A stretch of DNA of 64,000 bases, from the NCBI GenBank assembly GCA_963745075.1, contig CAVUWV010000012.1, forward strand, positions 128,001 through 192,000, given 5' to 3'. The position numbers and the translations under genes were made by a program. Below the pieces are notes generated by a model. That model saw only the letters and a program-made list of their open reading frames with translations. It did not search any database and was not told where the DNA came from. The stretch comes from Candidatus Hydrogenedentota bacterium (GTDB taxonomy: Bacteria > Hydrogenedentota > Hydrogenedentia > Hydrogenedentales > SLHB01). Within the stretch, counting starts at the first letter, position 1. Each line of letters begins with the position of its first letter. Positions 10,207-20,375 of this stretch are shown piece by piece.

Positions 10207-11763
10207 ATGAGCCCATCATTCCCCGAGCATTCGAAGCTGCGCGTGACTCCAACCCTCGTGGGACTCCCGCTGGAAACAGCAATCACTAGTGCCGCCCACC
10301 TCGTAGATGGAGCGTGCGATCATCGTTCCGTCACCGACCTTGAACATGCGTTGGAACTTATTGGCGAGCTTCAAGGTTCATCCATCGAGGCGAAGCACAT
10401 TGCGGAGCTTCACTACTACGCCGCAAATGCGTGGGCGGGACTACGTGCGATTCGATGCCGCGACCGAAAATCCCAATGGGAATGGCGACAATCAGAAATG
10501 GAGAATGAGCTTCTTTCACTTCGCAAGGCCAGCCATTCCGATGGATTTGCTTCGCTGCTTCCGGGACGGCGCGCTCAAATCCTCACGAATACGGGCAATC
10601 TGCTCAACACCATTGGCCGCTCCCTCGAAGCCTTAACAGCATACGACGGTGCATTGCAGCACTTGCCTGCATTCGGAATGGCAATGGCGAATCGGGGACT
10701 CGCACTGAAAACTTTAGCCATGTCACACTACGATGAGGGTCAGGCATGTCTGCTATTGCATCGTTCGTGGCACTGCCTCGTTGGAGCATCGTCAAAGCAC
10801 CTTGAGCCTGGGACGGGCGCGCTCTTCAAGCAGCATGCGGACGAAATTGCATCGTGGCTGTCATCGGCCTTTCTAAACCGCGAGAAACCGGCTCCTCGCG
10901 TTAGCTTGGGAAAGTCGAAGAATGAGCAACAATATCGGCAGTGGGCCCTCCGAGAACGTCTATTCCTCAACCCGCTAATAGGGCTCGGGGCGGAATCCTG
11001 TGCGGCGCGGGATACGCTGAATCTACCGAGCATCGTGAGCAATCTTGACGAAGGGCCGGGCCTATGGGGAATGTTCACTCAAATAAAGCAGGAGTTCGTG
11101 TCCGCTCGGTTCTTGGCATGGGAGGGCATGGCAGCCAAAGGCCGGCATTTTTCCGATCGTGAAACACATCTTGTCGACACACTCGACTATGCCGTCTACG
11201 GTCTCGCCATAGAGAAGATTAAAATGGCATTTCGCATGGCCTATTCGATTCTGGATAAATGCTCGTTCCTTCTGAACAAGTATTTTGGCCTTGGCATTTC
11301 CGATAGGCAGGTCAATCTCAATCGAGTGTGGTTCAGAGGCGGCGATCCAAACAAGGAGCTTAACTCGACGATAGTGGATACGGAGAATTGGCCGCTCAGA
11401 GGACTGTTCTGGTTAGCCCGAGATTTGTACGATCCTCAAGCGTTCGCCGAAGCTGTCGAGCCGGAGGCGAGAGACTTGAAGGAAGTTCGCGATCATCTGG
11501 AACACAAGTACCTCAAGGTGCATGATTTTGTGGTGCCGACACACGGACTGCCTGATGGTCAACGGGATCAATATGCAAGACCCATCGGACGCGGTTCCCT
11601 AGAGGCGAAAACGTTGACCCTTCTTCGGCTTGCCGGATCGGCGATCACCTACCTGTCACTTGGGATTCACGCGGAGGAGAAGATTCGCGAGGGAAAACGC
11701 GAGCCCGGTAGCATCACGCCGCCGATGTTTCTAACGATGGTGCCTGACGATTGGAAGAGATAG
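10207..11763 (+). CDS. TPR + LA2681-like HEPN domain protein (putative RNase / abortive-infection-type)
   Basis: TPR segment NTGNLLNTIGRSLEAL...FGMAMANRG; LA2681-like motifs LFLNPL, QIKQEFVSARF, EKIKMAFRMAYSILDK, NWPLRGLFWLARD; HEPN RxxxxH = RDHLEH. Confidence 0.85.
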   Translation: MSPSFPEHSKLRVTPTLVGLPLETAITSAAHLVDGACDHRSVTDLEHALELIGELQGSSIEAKHIAELHYYAANAWAGLRAIRCRDRKSQWEWRQSEMENELLSLRKASHSDGFASLLPGRRAQILTNTGNLLNTIGRSLEALTAYDGALQHLPAFGMAMANRGLALKTLAMSHYDEGQACLLLHRSWHCLVGASSKHLEPGTGALFKQHADEIASWLSSAFLNREKPAPRVSLGKSKNEQQYRQWALRERLFLNPLIGLGAESCAARDTLNLPSIVSNLDEGPGLWGMFTQIKQEFVSARFLAWEGMAAKGRHFSDRETHLVDTLDYAVYGLAIEKIKMAFRMAYSILDKCSFLLNKYFGLGISDRQVNLNRVWFRGGDPNKELNSTIVDTENWPLRGLFWLARDLYDPQAFAEAVEPEARDLKEVRDHLEHKYLKVHDFVVPTHGLPDGQRDQYARPIGRGSLEAKTLTLLRLAGSAITYLSLGIHAEEKIREGKREPGSITPPMFLTMVPDDWKR

Positions 11764-11775
11764 GTATAGCTCCTC

Positions 11776-11794
11776 CGCCCCTGCCCAGGGCGGT
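11776..11794. repeat. Short palindrome between convergent genes (REP-like or terminator)
   Basis: ccgcccctgcccagggcgg. Confidence 0.5.
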
Positions 11795-11833
11795 GAGTTT
11801 GCGGGGGCGTTTGGGGTAATTTGGCATGGCGGT

Positions 11834-12844
11834 TCACCTTGACTGATCATCATGTTGGTCGTCGACTGCTTCCGTGCCGCCCCAATACCTAGCGACCGTT
11901 TCAGTCACATTGTCATAAGTCGGAAACATATAGGCCTGATTCCTTTTCTCCTTGTAAAGCAGATCCGCCAGTTTCGGAACTTCTCGGTTCGGAAGAGTAA
12001 GTTTTACAAGAACAGGCGGATCGACGGCGACGGACGCGAATACTTGCTGGATCACGTCTTCTAAACACGGCCATTTCTTGTCACGCTCAAAATCCTGATA
12101 TACCTTGTCGTAGTAGGTGAAGACACCATCCTGTGCATGAATGAACTCAAATCCATGGTGGTGCACTGCAAATTCCTTGATGTGTCGGTAGCGCAATCTC
12201 TTGGCCGTAAGTAGATCAAACGCCCACACCGCAATTCGGTCCGGCGGTTGCTCACTACTATCTTTTCTGCAACGCCGCTCTCGGGTCGCAAAATAGGCAG
12301 CTATCAATGGGTCAAGAGTCCAGTCTAATAACATTGTTGGGATGCCGTGGTGTTGAGCGAAAGCCATAGCCTGTGTTGGAAACTTGAAGTGATACTTAAT
12401 CTCGGAAATTGTCTGAACCCGATCAACGTATCGGTCTGAATCGAAGAACCAATCGTCAGGTATGTATAGACCAACGGCATTACACAATGCTCCGAAGTCG
12501 CTCACAGCTTGTAACTGCGCCGCCAAATCGACGATCGCTCGGAAGTCGATTAGCGAGCGATCCCTTTTCGTGCGGTCCCACTCCGCACCGATTTCATTTT
12601 CAAATCTTTCGATTAATTGCTTGTATGGGGGGGTGCGAACATCTTCGCGCCATGCGGGGGGGCGTAACATCCAAGTACTATCTCTATGGCCCCTGAACAG
12701 CCAAGGGCATGTAAGGCCGGGTCCCCACCTTTCGACGTTCGTAATCCGTAGCTCATTGAGAAACTCGTCAGCTCTATCAAGCTGAACGATTTTAATCACA
12801 TTCGAATACGTCGCGTGGATGTCCTGAGCGCTATCAATGCCCAT
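11834..12844 (-). CDS. FRG domain-containing protein
   Basis: WLFRGH, AQHHGIPTMLLDWT.DPLIAAYFA, AQDGVF; visibly AT-richer than flanking genes. Confidence 0.9.
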   Translation of the reverse strand: MGIDSAQDIHATYSNVIKIVQLDRADEFLNELRITNVERWGPGLTCPWLFRGHRDSTWMLRPPAWREDVRTPPYKQLIERFENEIGAEWDRTKRDRSLIDFRAIVDLAAQLQAVSDFGALCNAVGLYIPDDWFFDSDRYVDRVQTISEIKYHFKFPTQAMAFAQHHGIPTMLLDWTLDPLIAAYFATRERRCRKDSSEQPPDRIAVWAFDLLTAKRLRYRHIKEFAVHHHGFEFIHAQDGVFTYYDKVYQDFERDKKWPCLEDVIQQVFASVAVDPPVLVKLTLPNREVPKLADLLYKEKRNQAYMFPTYDNVTETVARYWGGTEAVDDQHDDQSR

Positions 12845-13083
12845 CGTTGTCTACCCCCTTAGCCCCTCTCGTGTCTTTCCTCCCAGATGAGAATATAGGT
12901 CCCCAAATGTGGCGTCAAAACAGCTTTCAGGCACACAACTAGCACACTTTCCCGAAACCTGCCGGATTGCGTGTTACCCCTGTTAGTCTGCAAGCATTGA
13001 AAAGAAAGGGCTTACGCTTAACCGTCCGTATGACTCGGGCCTACACGGACGGAGGACCTTGGGCGGAGGCTGGAGGAAGATGG

Positions 13084-13157
13084 GTCCCCGCGTTCGCGAG
13101 GATGACGGATTGGGCTTCGAGGCGGCCAGGCTGTCCCCGCGTTCGCGAGGATGACGG
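13084..13157. repeat. Two identical 25-bp dRS3-like palindromic repeats
   Basis: gtccccgcgttcgcgaggatgacgg at 13084-13108 and 13133-13157. Confidence 0.88.
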
Positions 13158-13324
13158 CCCGGCGGTCCCAGTGGTGCAACGGGGCGCGGCTTATCTATGG
13201 GGGAGGTTTGTGAAATGTGACTTTTGGAGATTGGAATGTTGGACGGTTGGTTGCGCGGGTTGGAGCGGTTGGGATTGATCCGCTGTTTTGCCCTTTCAGG
13301 GCGTTGCTTGGTTCCTCGACGCGG

Positions 13325-13527
13325 ATGTAGCGCAGGCGTCCCCGCGTGCAATCCTGACAATTTCCGTGTCCGATCGCGGACTACTTCCCAAGATGAGTTG
13401 GTTGGTGTGAAGAATGCAGGCGAGACGCCTGCGCTACATGGACTGAATCCCAGAGAATGCAGGCGGGGACGCCGGCGCTACATGGACTGAACCCCAAAGA
13501 ATGCAGACGGGGACGCCGGCGCTACAT
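13325..13527. repeat. GTAG-type REP cluster: one forward copy and three tandem inverted copies
   Basis: atGTAGcgcaggcgtccccgcgtgca at 13325; inverted copies tgcaggcg...cgCTACat at 13415-13439, 13458-13483 and 13502-13527, with conserved ggactgaa.ccc spacers. Confidence 0.88.
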
Positions 13528-13657
13528 CCGTGACGCATTGCCGATACCCCCTTTTCCAATCCGGGTCGGGTTCCAGGTAGTATGAGTTCCAGTCGCCGCG
13601 ACGAGCTTGCCAAGTGTGCGGGAGCAGGCCGATGCCGGCGATATGGGGGACTTTGGA

Positions 13658-14650
13658 ATGGCAGATACAACAACCGATGCGGGTCGCATACCCACCTTAC
13701 ACATCGAGGCGGATTCGATTCCGCAGGCGCATTTTCGCGCCATGAAGGCGGTCTGGGAACAGGGTATTGCAATCCGAACCGAATACGACCGGAAGGACGA
13801 GCGGGGCGAGTTCATCGATCCGCCCAGCCGCGATGCGCGGGTGCTCATTGAAATCAAGGACCCCTTTGCGCAACCGCGTTTCCCGCCGATGTCCTTTTGT
13901 GAAATCGGCACCTATATCGCCGAGATCATGGGGATTAAAGATCACATGGTGGTCCCCATCGAACAGTTGCGGGAAGGAATCTCCGGCGAGTTATCGGCCA
14001 AGGAGTGGCCGTATACGTACCATCAACGGCTTGCCAGCTATCCCAGTTTGGACGGCGCCGTTGTAGATCAACTCCGGTTGGCCGTGGAACGGGTCGCGAA
14101 GACGCCGCATACGCGCCGTGCCGTGGCCACGACGTCGGTGCCTAACCTGGACCCGTTTCTGAAAGAGGATGTTCCGTGCCTACGCGAAGTGCAATTGCGG
14201 TGTCCGGAAGACGCAGACGGAAACCTCGTGCTGAACATGAACACCATGTGGCGTTCGCGGGACTTGTACAAGGCGTGGCCCGACAATCTGATTGGGATCA
14301 CGTTCTTGCAGAGTGTCTTGGCCCGCGAGATAGCATCGGCGGCCGGGCGGCCCGTTCGGGTGGGCAGTTACGCAGACTACAGCGCGTCCCTGCACATCTA
14401 CGGGCAGGATTTCGGCGCGGTGGGCGGCGATACCCAGCGCGGGTTGCAGAGCTTCTTCGAGACTTTTGACGAGGAGACTTACGTTGCACGTTCGCTGACG
14501 AGCGAACAGGCGCGCGACATGCTCGTCCTGCCGCAATTGCATGACTTTATCGCAGCGCGCAGCGCGGAGCAATGGCGCTTGCCACCGGAAGCCATCGCCT
14601 TGGGCAAGAAGCTGATCGACGAAATGGAATCCGGGGCCGTGTTGCCGTAG
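13658..14650 (+). CDS. thyA: Thymidylate synthase family protein (archaeal-type ThyA-like)
   Basis: YTYHQRL, DQL, TRRAV, catalytic PC (DVPCL), WRSRDLYKAWPDN, SLHIY. Confidence 0.75.
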   Translation: MADTTTDAGRIPTLHIEADSIPQAHFRAMKAVWEQGIAIRTEYDRKDERGEFIDPPSRDARVLIEIKDPFAQPRFPPMSFCEIGTYIAEIMGIKDHMVVPIEQLREGISGELSAKEWPYTYHQRLASYPSLDGAVVDQLRLAVERVAKTPHTRRAVATTSVPNLDPFLKEDVPCLREVQLRCPEDADGNLVLNMNTMWRSRDLYKAWPDNLIGITFLQSVLAREIASAAGRPVRVGSYADYSASLHIYGQDFGAVGGDTQRGLQSFFETFDEETYVARSLTSEQARDMLVLPQLHDFIAARSAEQWRLPPEAIALGKKLIDEMESGAVLP

Positions 14651-14661
14651 GAACGCTCGCC

Positions 14662-15996
14662 TTACAGGCCGCGAACGCCCCAACCCCGGCGGTAGCGTCT
14701 CCGGAGCAGGTCGTTCGCTTCGCTGTAATTCGTGAACCGCAACCACCGGGCGTTCCACTCGAGCGTCTGACCGGGAAAACGGTTCGCCACGTTCGCCAGC
14801 AGGACCGCCTCGGCCAAGGGACCGGCGTATTGGAAATTCGAACCGCACACCCCGTTACCCAGCGCAGCCTCCACGAATTCGTGATAGTGGCTCTTCGGCT
14901 CCAGGTCCGGCTTCGGGTAGTTCTCGAATTTGGCGACCGGGTACAGTTCGGGCGCCTCCACGTGCGGGATGATCAGCGTGCCTTCTTCGCCGATCATCAT
15001 GGAGCCACTGGGCGGCAACGCATAGTCCGCCGGCAGGTGGGACGAGAGGTCTTTCGAGGGCTGTTTCCCGCCGTCCCGCCAAGTGCCGTGGATGGTACGT
15101 CCGGCGGTATATTCAGTACCCGGGAACTCGTACGTCGCGAAGGTCCAGCCGGGATGGACTTCCGGGCTGACGGATTCCGCTTCACACTTGATGTTAAGCG
15201 GCGCACCGATGTTCAACGCGGTAAACACCGGATCGAAGATGTGGCACCCAAAATCGCCGACTGCGCCGCCTCCGAAGTCACGCCAGCGCCGCCACCAGAA
15301 GGGGTGATACACGTCCTGCTTGTAGGGCCGTTCCGGAGCCACGCCGAGCCACAGATCCCAATCGATCGTGGGCGGAATCGGATCGGACCCTTCCGGGCGC
15401 TTTTTGTCATCGGTCGTAAAAATGGCGGAGCACCATGAATGCCACTCTTTCACCTTGCCGATTGCGCCTTCCTGCACCCACTGCACGGCGGTACGGTAGA
15501 ACTCATGCGAGTGGATCTGGTTGCCCATCTGCGTCGCGACGCCTTTCCGGCGTGCGGCGATCGTGACTTTCCGCGCTTCGTATACTTCGTGCGTCAGCGG
15601 TTTTTCGCAATAGACGTGTTTTCCTTTGTGAATCGCCGTCATCGACGCAGGCGCATGGATGTGATCCGGAACGGACACGTTAACAGAATCGATGTTCTTC
15701 TCTTCCTTATCCAGCATCTCGCGCCAGTCGCGATACAAGCGGGCCTTGGGATACGTCTGTGCTGCCTTCTGCAAGCGCTCTTCGTCGATATCGCAGAGCG
15801 CAACGACATCCACCTTCTCACTGCTGAAGATATTTCCTAAGTCATATGCAGCTTGTCCCTGCGTGCCGATGGACGCGTGCTGCAACCGGCTCGAGGGCGG
15901 CGACGCGAGGCTGAGCCGCGGCAGAATGAGCGGACCGGCGACGGTTGCGGCGGAAACCCGTTTGATGAAAGACCTTCGTGTAACTTGCTTTGGCAT
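14662..15996 (-). CDS. Tat-exported Gfo/Idh/MocA family oxidoreductase
   Basis: TRRSFI, PDHIH, GKHVYCEKPL, TQMGNQ, GAVGDFGCHIFD. Confidence 0.92.
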   Translation of the reverse strand: MPKQVTRRSFIKRVSAATVAGPLILPRLSLASPPSSRLQHASIGTQGQAAYDLGNIFSSEKVDVVALCDIDEERLQKAAQTYPKARLYRDWREMLDKEEKNIDSVNVSVPDHIHAPASMTAIHKGKHVYCEKPLTHEVYEARKVTIAARRKGVATQMGNQIHSHEFYRTAVQWVQEGAIGKVKEWHSWCSAIFTTDDKKRPEGSDPIPPTIDWDLWLGVAPERPYKQDVYHPFWWRRWRDFGGGAVGDFGCHIFDPVFTALNIGAPLNIKCEAESVSPEVHPGWTFATYEFPGTEYTAGRTIHGTWRDGGKQPSKDLSSHLPADYALPPSGSMMIGEEGTLIIPHVEAPELYPVAKFENYPKPDLEPKSHYHEFVEAALGNGVCGSNFQYAGPLAEAVLLANVANRFPGQTLEWNARWLRFTNYSEANDLLRRRYRRGWGVRGL

Positions 15997-16201
15997 AGTG
16001 CGTGGCTCCATAAATTCCCACTCAAAGGCATGATGGCGTCTGGGCAGGAGTGCTTCAGATTGCGGTCCGGCACCCAGAATGACCGCCTGACCACACGGCT
16101 GGAATCCAATCTAGCGCATTTGGGGGGCTGCGCTCAATTCGTGGGGTGACTTGCGAAAGGGCGACCAACCTTGCCGTGCCGCAAACAGGACCCGTGCGCG
16201 T

Positions 16202-17200
16202 TCAGTTCCCGACAACTATCGTCCCCATTTGAACGACTTCGAAATCATCACCGACGAGTGTCTTAAGCTCGTTCAGTTCATCGTCGTCCCAGCGCGCGTC
16301 GGGGGCGCCGGAGACGTACCAGTCGCTCCCATTGTCGGCGACGATCATGCCGTACTTCTTCATTGCGCGCAGGATGACTTTGTTGTGCTTGGAGAAACCC
16401 GAGATATCGAAGTCGGCCTTCAGGCGCACGCGCATCCCCATGGGCGGCAGTGACGCGCTTGTGTTGCTGCTGGCATAGTGCCGGGCGGGGTAGACGTAGG
16501 CTCGGCGTGACTGGCTGACCGTGAACCGCAACGCATGGTTGATCTCGCCCTGGCCGTAGACTTCGTCGTAGCGAACCAACCCGGAGAAGATGGGCAGACC
16601 TGCCGCGTCGGCGGAGGTCCAACCCGCGGGGCGAACGTCGTTGGACGTCAAGTCCCAGATGGCACCCGATCCAGCATCGTACGGTTGTCCGGAATGCGCA
16701 GGTGGGTACACGGCGTACAACTCATACAAAAACCAATTGTCCCGGTCAATGATAATCATGTGACGATCCCCACTCGAGTTCGGGCCGCCTTCGATGGGGG
16801 TGTCAGCCGTGATGGGATACGGGCCGGGGTCGCTCTCGTCCGCATAGTCGAAGGTAACCTGCTTGCCTGGGGTGTCACCGGCCACGACGATGTACGGAAT
16901 CCCAAAGGGCCCCCCGTTCCAATTCGCTCCGAAATCGGGGTGTAAATTGTCCCACCGGCCGATACTGTCGATCAGCGTGTTGGAATTGGGATCGACGGGC
17001 ACTGTATCAATCGGCGTGTTCCACGGGTTGTTCTCCGGAAAGACTTGCGCGCCATGAAGATCGGCGTTTATGCCCAGTTCGGGAAAGCCATCGCTGCTGG
17101 GAGGATCGCCATTGTTGGATGGCGGGGGGTTCTGGGCGGGACACCCCAATAAGAAAAACAACACTACGGATAAAAGGATAACGGTGAGAAACCGTGCCAT
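16202..17200 (-). CDS. Conserved hypothetical lipoprotein
   Basis: Lipobox LLGC after hydrophobic signal; conserved-looking motifs NPWNTPI, GDRH, SADAAGLP, HALRFT, KKYGMIVADNG. Confidence 0.75.
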   Translation of the reverse strand: MARFLTVILLSVVLFFLLGCPAQNPPPSNNGDPPSSDGFPELGINADLHGAQVFPENNPWNTPIDTVPVDPNSNTLIDSIGRWDNLHPDFGANWNGGPFGIPYIVVAGDTPGKQVTFDYADESDPGPYPITADTPIEGGPNSSGDRHMIIIDRDNWFLYELYAVYPPAHSGQPYDAGSGAIWDLTSNDVRPAGWTSADAAGLPIFSGLVRYDEVYGQGEINHALRFTVSQSRRAYVYPARHYASSNTSASLPPMGMRVRLKADFDISGFSKHNKVILRAMKKYGMIVADNGSDWYVSGAPDARWDDDELNELKTLVGDDFEVVQMGTIVVGN

Positions 17201-17470
17201 CAAAATCCCCTCCCTGACGTTTCCGGCACGGAAAAGCGAGGTCCAATTGGAGTCTACCACAGATTCAGCATCCGTGACGCCCGCGAACCGGCGAATTGTG
17301 GGTAAGTGGTTGAGTTGAGTGGCGCTTCCAGCCAAATGGGCAGGTCGATTTTTCACCGTCACGTTGGGTAAGATGGTTTCGTGACTCGGACGAGGACGGC
17401 GGTATTGGGACGTGGAGAGCAGATTCTTTACAGCAGTGTGTGCAGGTCATGAATTCAAGGGGGGACGGTC

Positions 17471-18868
17471 GTGTCCAAGTGGTCGGTAGTTATCGGGCTG
17501 GTGGTGGTATTGGCTCTGGTTGCCGTTCTGATGACCCTTGTGCACATCGAGTCGACGCGAACCAAGCAGACCTTAGAAGCTGAGCGCGAAAGCGCGCCAG
17601 TCCAGGGCGCGGAACAAGGGACGCACAATCTTCCCACGGCGCCGGGCATTGTCAAGCGCGGCCCCAAAATCGATTTTCTCAAACCTACACCGATTGGGTT
17701 TCCGGTAGGCGACACGAAGCCGTGGATTACCCACGCCAAGATCGTGGACCTCAACGAGGACGGTCTCAAGGACGTAGTCGTGTGCGACGCAACGTCCAAC
17801 CGAATCAGTTGGATCGAACATTCAACCGATGGTCAATATGCGGAGAAACTGGTTGGCGATACGATACTGGCGCCGGCCCACGTCGAAGCCATCGATTTCG
17901 ACAAGGACGGCGATCTCGACCTCCTCATCGCGAAGATGGGCGCCATCGCCCCTACCAACGACAAGATTGGCGGCGTCGTAGTCATGGAAAACGACGGTAC
18001 GCAGCAGTTCACCAATCACGTTCTGATCGATCAGGTCGCGCGCGTGGCGGACGTTCGAAGGCGGCGACTTTGACGGCGACGGCGACCTCGACCTCGTGGC
18101 CGGCCAGTTCGGCTACGACGACGGTGAAATCCGCTGGATGGAGAACCTCGGCGGCGACTGGAAGTTCAAAAGCCACATTCTGCAATCCCTGTCCGGCACC
18201 ATTCACACGCCGGTCGCGGACATCGACAAGGATGGCGACCTGGATATCATTGCGCTGGTGTCTCAGGAATGGGAAGAAATCTACGCGTTCATCAACGACG
18301 GACACGGCCAGTTTGAAACGCGGCGGTTATACGGCGCAACCAACGAAGACTTTGGCAGCAGCGGCATATCGCTGGTGGACTTTGACAAGGACGGTGATCT
18401 CGACATTCTCTATACCAACGGCGACGCATTCGACTACATGCCGCCGGGGCCCCGGCCTTGGCACGGGGTCCAGTGGCTGGAAAATCACGGCGACTTCAAT
18501 TTCGAGTACCACCGCGTGGGAGATTTTTCCGGAGCCTATTTCGCCAACGGCGTTGACGTGGACAACGACGGCGATCGGGATATCGTCGTGGTGAGTTATT
18601 CAACCGCTGGGAGGACCCCAACGCCCAGTCCATGATCTGGTTCGAAAACGACGGCTCGATGAACTTCACGCGTCACAATATCACGTCCAATCCGACCCAC
18701 CTGCTGTCCCTCGACGCAGGGGATATGGACGGCGACGGCTGGACCGACTTCGTATCGGGCGGGATGCACCTCTACCCGCCGGACGACCGCAGAAGCCGCA
18801 TCGTCCTGTGGAAGAACGATTGGCCCAACCGCACCGTAGAAGGTGACCCAGCCCCGTCTAATGGGTAA
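17471..18868 (+). CDS. Membrane-anchored FG-GAP/VCBS repeat beta-propeller protein; two frameshifts (~18059, ~18597)
   Basis: Repeated D(F/L/I)DxDGDLD motifs spread over consecutive ORFs 17471-18073, 18096-18635 and 18632-18868. Confidence 0.85.
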
Positions 18869-20351
18869 GTCAACCAAAACGAAAGAAGCGCCGCCGGAAC
18901 CCAAGAAACAGCGCAGCGCTTTCGTGTGGGCCGCACTCACCATAGTCGTGGTGGGTGCGATTGCCTGGACCGGCGTGATCCTGGTGAAGGGAGCCCATCG
19001 GAGAGAAATCTTGCTTCAGTTGCCGCCGCAACCGGACATGCGCCAATACAACGAAACCCTCCGCGATCGCATCTCGCAGGCCGAAGACGTTCTCAAGGAT
19101 GGTCCCCTCGGGCCCGGTCTGGGACATCTCGGCAACCTCTATATGGCGAACTATTTTTACGATCAGGCCGCAACCTGCTACGAACTCGCCATGCAGGAAG
19201 ACCCGAAGAACGCGCAGTGGCCCTATCTGTTGGCCTACGTGCGTTCGATGATGGGGAATACCCCCGGCGCGATGCCGCTGTTCGATGAGGCCATCGAGCG
19301 CAATCCCAACTATGTGCCCGCACGCCTGCGACGCGCGGACAACCGCTACAAAGACGGCGACCTGGAAGCCGCCGAGCGCGATTACGCGCGTTGTGCCGAA
19401 CTCGAACCCACCAACGTGTACGCCGCACTCGGCTTGGCGCGCATCGCGCTCGATCGCGAAGAATGGGAAAACGCGGAAGGGATACTCAAGAAAGCGCTGA
19501 AAGACGACCCTGCGTTTGGAAATACGCATCGATTGATGGCGAAAGTTCTCGACCATTATGGACGCACGGAAGAGCGGGATCGTGAACTGCAGATCGCCGA
19601 GGACTGTGGACGATTTGTCCCTGCGCCGGATCCCTGGGTTGACGAGGTGGACAAGGAGCTTTGTTTCCACACGCAAAAGCTTTTGACCAAGGGCTACGTG
19701 GCGGAAAAGAACAAGGACTATGATTTGGCCCGGTCCATCTATGAACGGATCGTTACGATCGAGCCCGACAATTTTGACGCCAATTTCCGGCTCGCCACCG
19801 TCTTGCAGGCCGTAAAGGAACGGGATAAGGCGGAAGCCCTCTATGAGCGCGCGCTGAAACTCAAGTGCACCGATACGTCCCGGTACACCGTCATTTACAG
19901 CAACCTGGGGGAACTTTACTACCAGAAGGGCGACACAAACCGTGCGGTGGAATGTCTGAATAAGGCCCTCGAACTCGACCCGGAGTTCTTCGCCGCGCAC
20001 CTGAGTCTCGGCGCCATACTGACAAAACTGGGGAAACCGGACGAAGCCATCAAACACTGTCAGAAAGCGCTCGAAATCGAACCCAAGGCCGATGGCGCGC
20101 ACTATAACTGGGGCGTTGCCCTGCTCAAGGAAGGGAAGATCGAAGAAGCCATGGCCCAGTTTCAGGCCGCAGTCCAACTCAATCCCGATTTGGCGCTGGC
20201 CCACTACCAGATCGGCGTGTACCACCTCCGTAACGGCGACACGGAAGCCGCCGCCCAGTCCCTTCATCAGGCCCTCGTCGCCGCTCAGAAGACCGGCAAC
20301 CGTGCGCTCGCGCAGCGTATTCAGCAGACCCTCGCCGGCGCGGCGGCCTGA
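18861..20351 (+). CDS. Membrane-anchored TPR repeat protein
   Basis: N-terminal TM helix and multiple TPR consensus repeats (e.g. YSNLGELYYQKGDTNRAVECLNKALELDP); overlaps the upstream stop. Confidence 0.9.
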   Translation: MGKSTKTKEAPPEPKKQRSAFVWAALTIVVVGAIAWTGVILVKGAHRREILLQLPPQPDMRQYNETLRDRISQAEDVLKDGPLGPGLGHLGNLYMANYFYDQAATCYELAMQEDPKNAQWPYLLAYVRSMMGNTPGAMPLFDEAIERNPNYVPARLRRADNRYKDGDLEAAERDYARCAELEPTNVYAALGLARIALDREEWENAEGILKKALKDDPAFGNTHRLMAKVLDHYGRTEERDRELQIAEDCGRFVPAPDPWVDEVDKELCFHTQKLLTKGYVAEKNKDYDLARSIYERIVTIEPDNFDANFRLATVLQAVKERDKAEALYERALKLKCTDTSRYTVIYSNLGELYYQKGDTNRAVECLNKALELDPEFFAAHLSLGAILTKLGKPDEAIKHCQKALEIEPKADGAHYNWGVALLKEGKIEEAMAQFQAAVQLNPDLALAHYQIGVYHLRNGDTEAAAQSLHQALVAAQKTGNRALAQRIQQTLAGAAA

Positions 20352-20375
20352 GCCCACCACGATCCCGCAGCGTTA

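Noticed and set aside
13415..13527. Three repeats at about 43-bp period resembling a mini CRISPR array
   Set aside because: Spacers are about 18 bp and nearly identical, the repeat has REP architecture with an inverted partner, and no cas genes are present.
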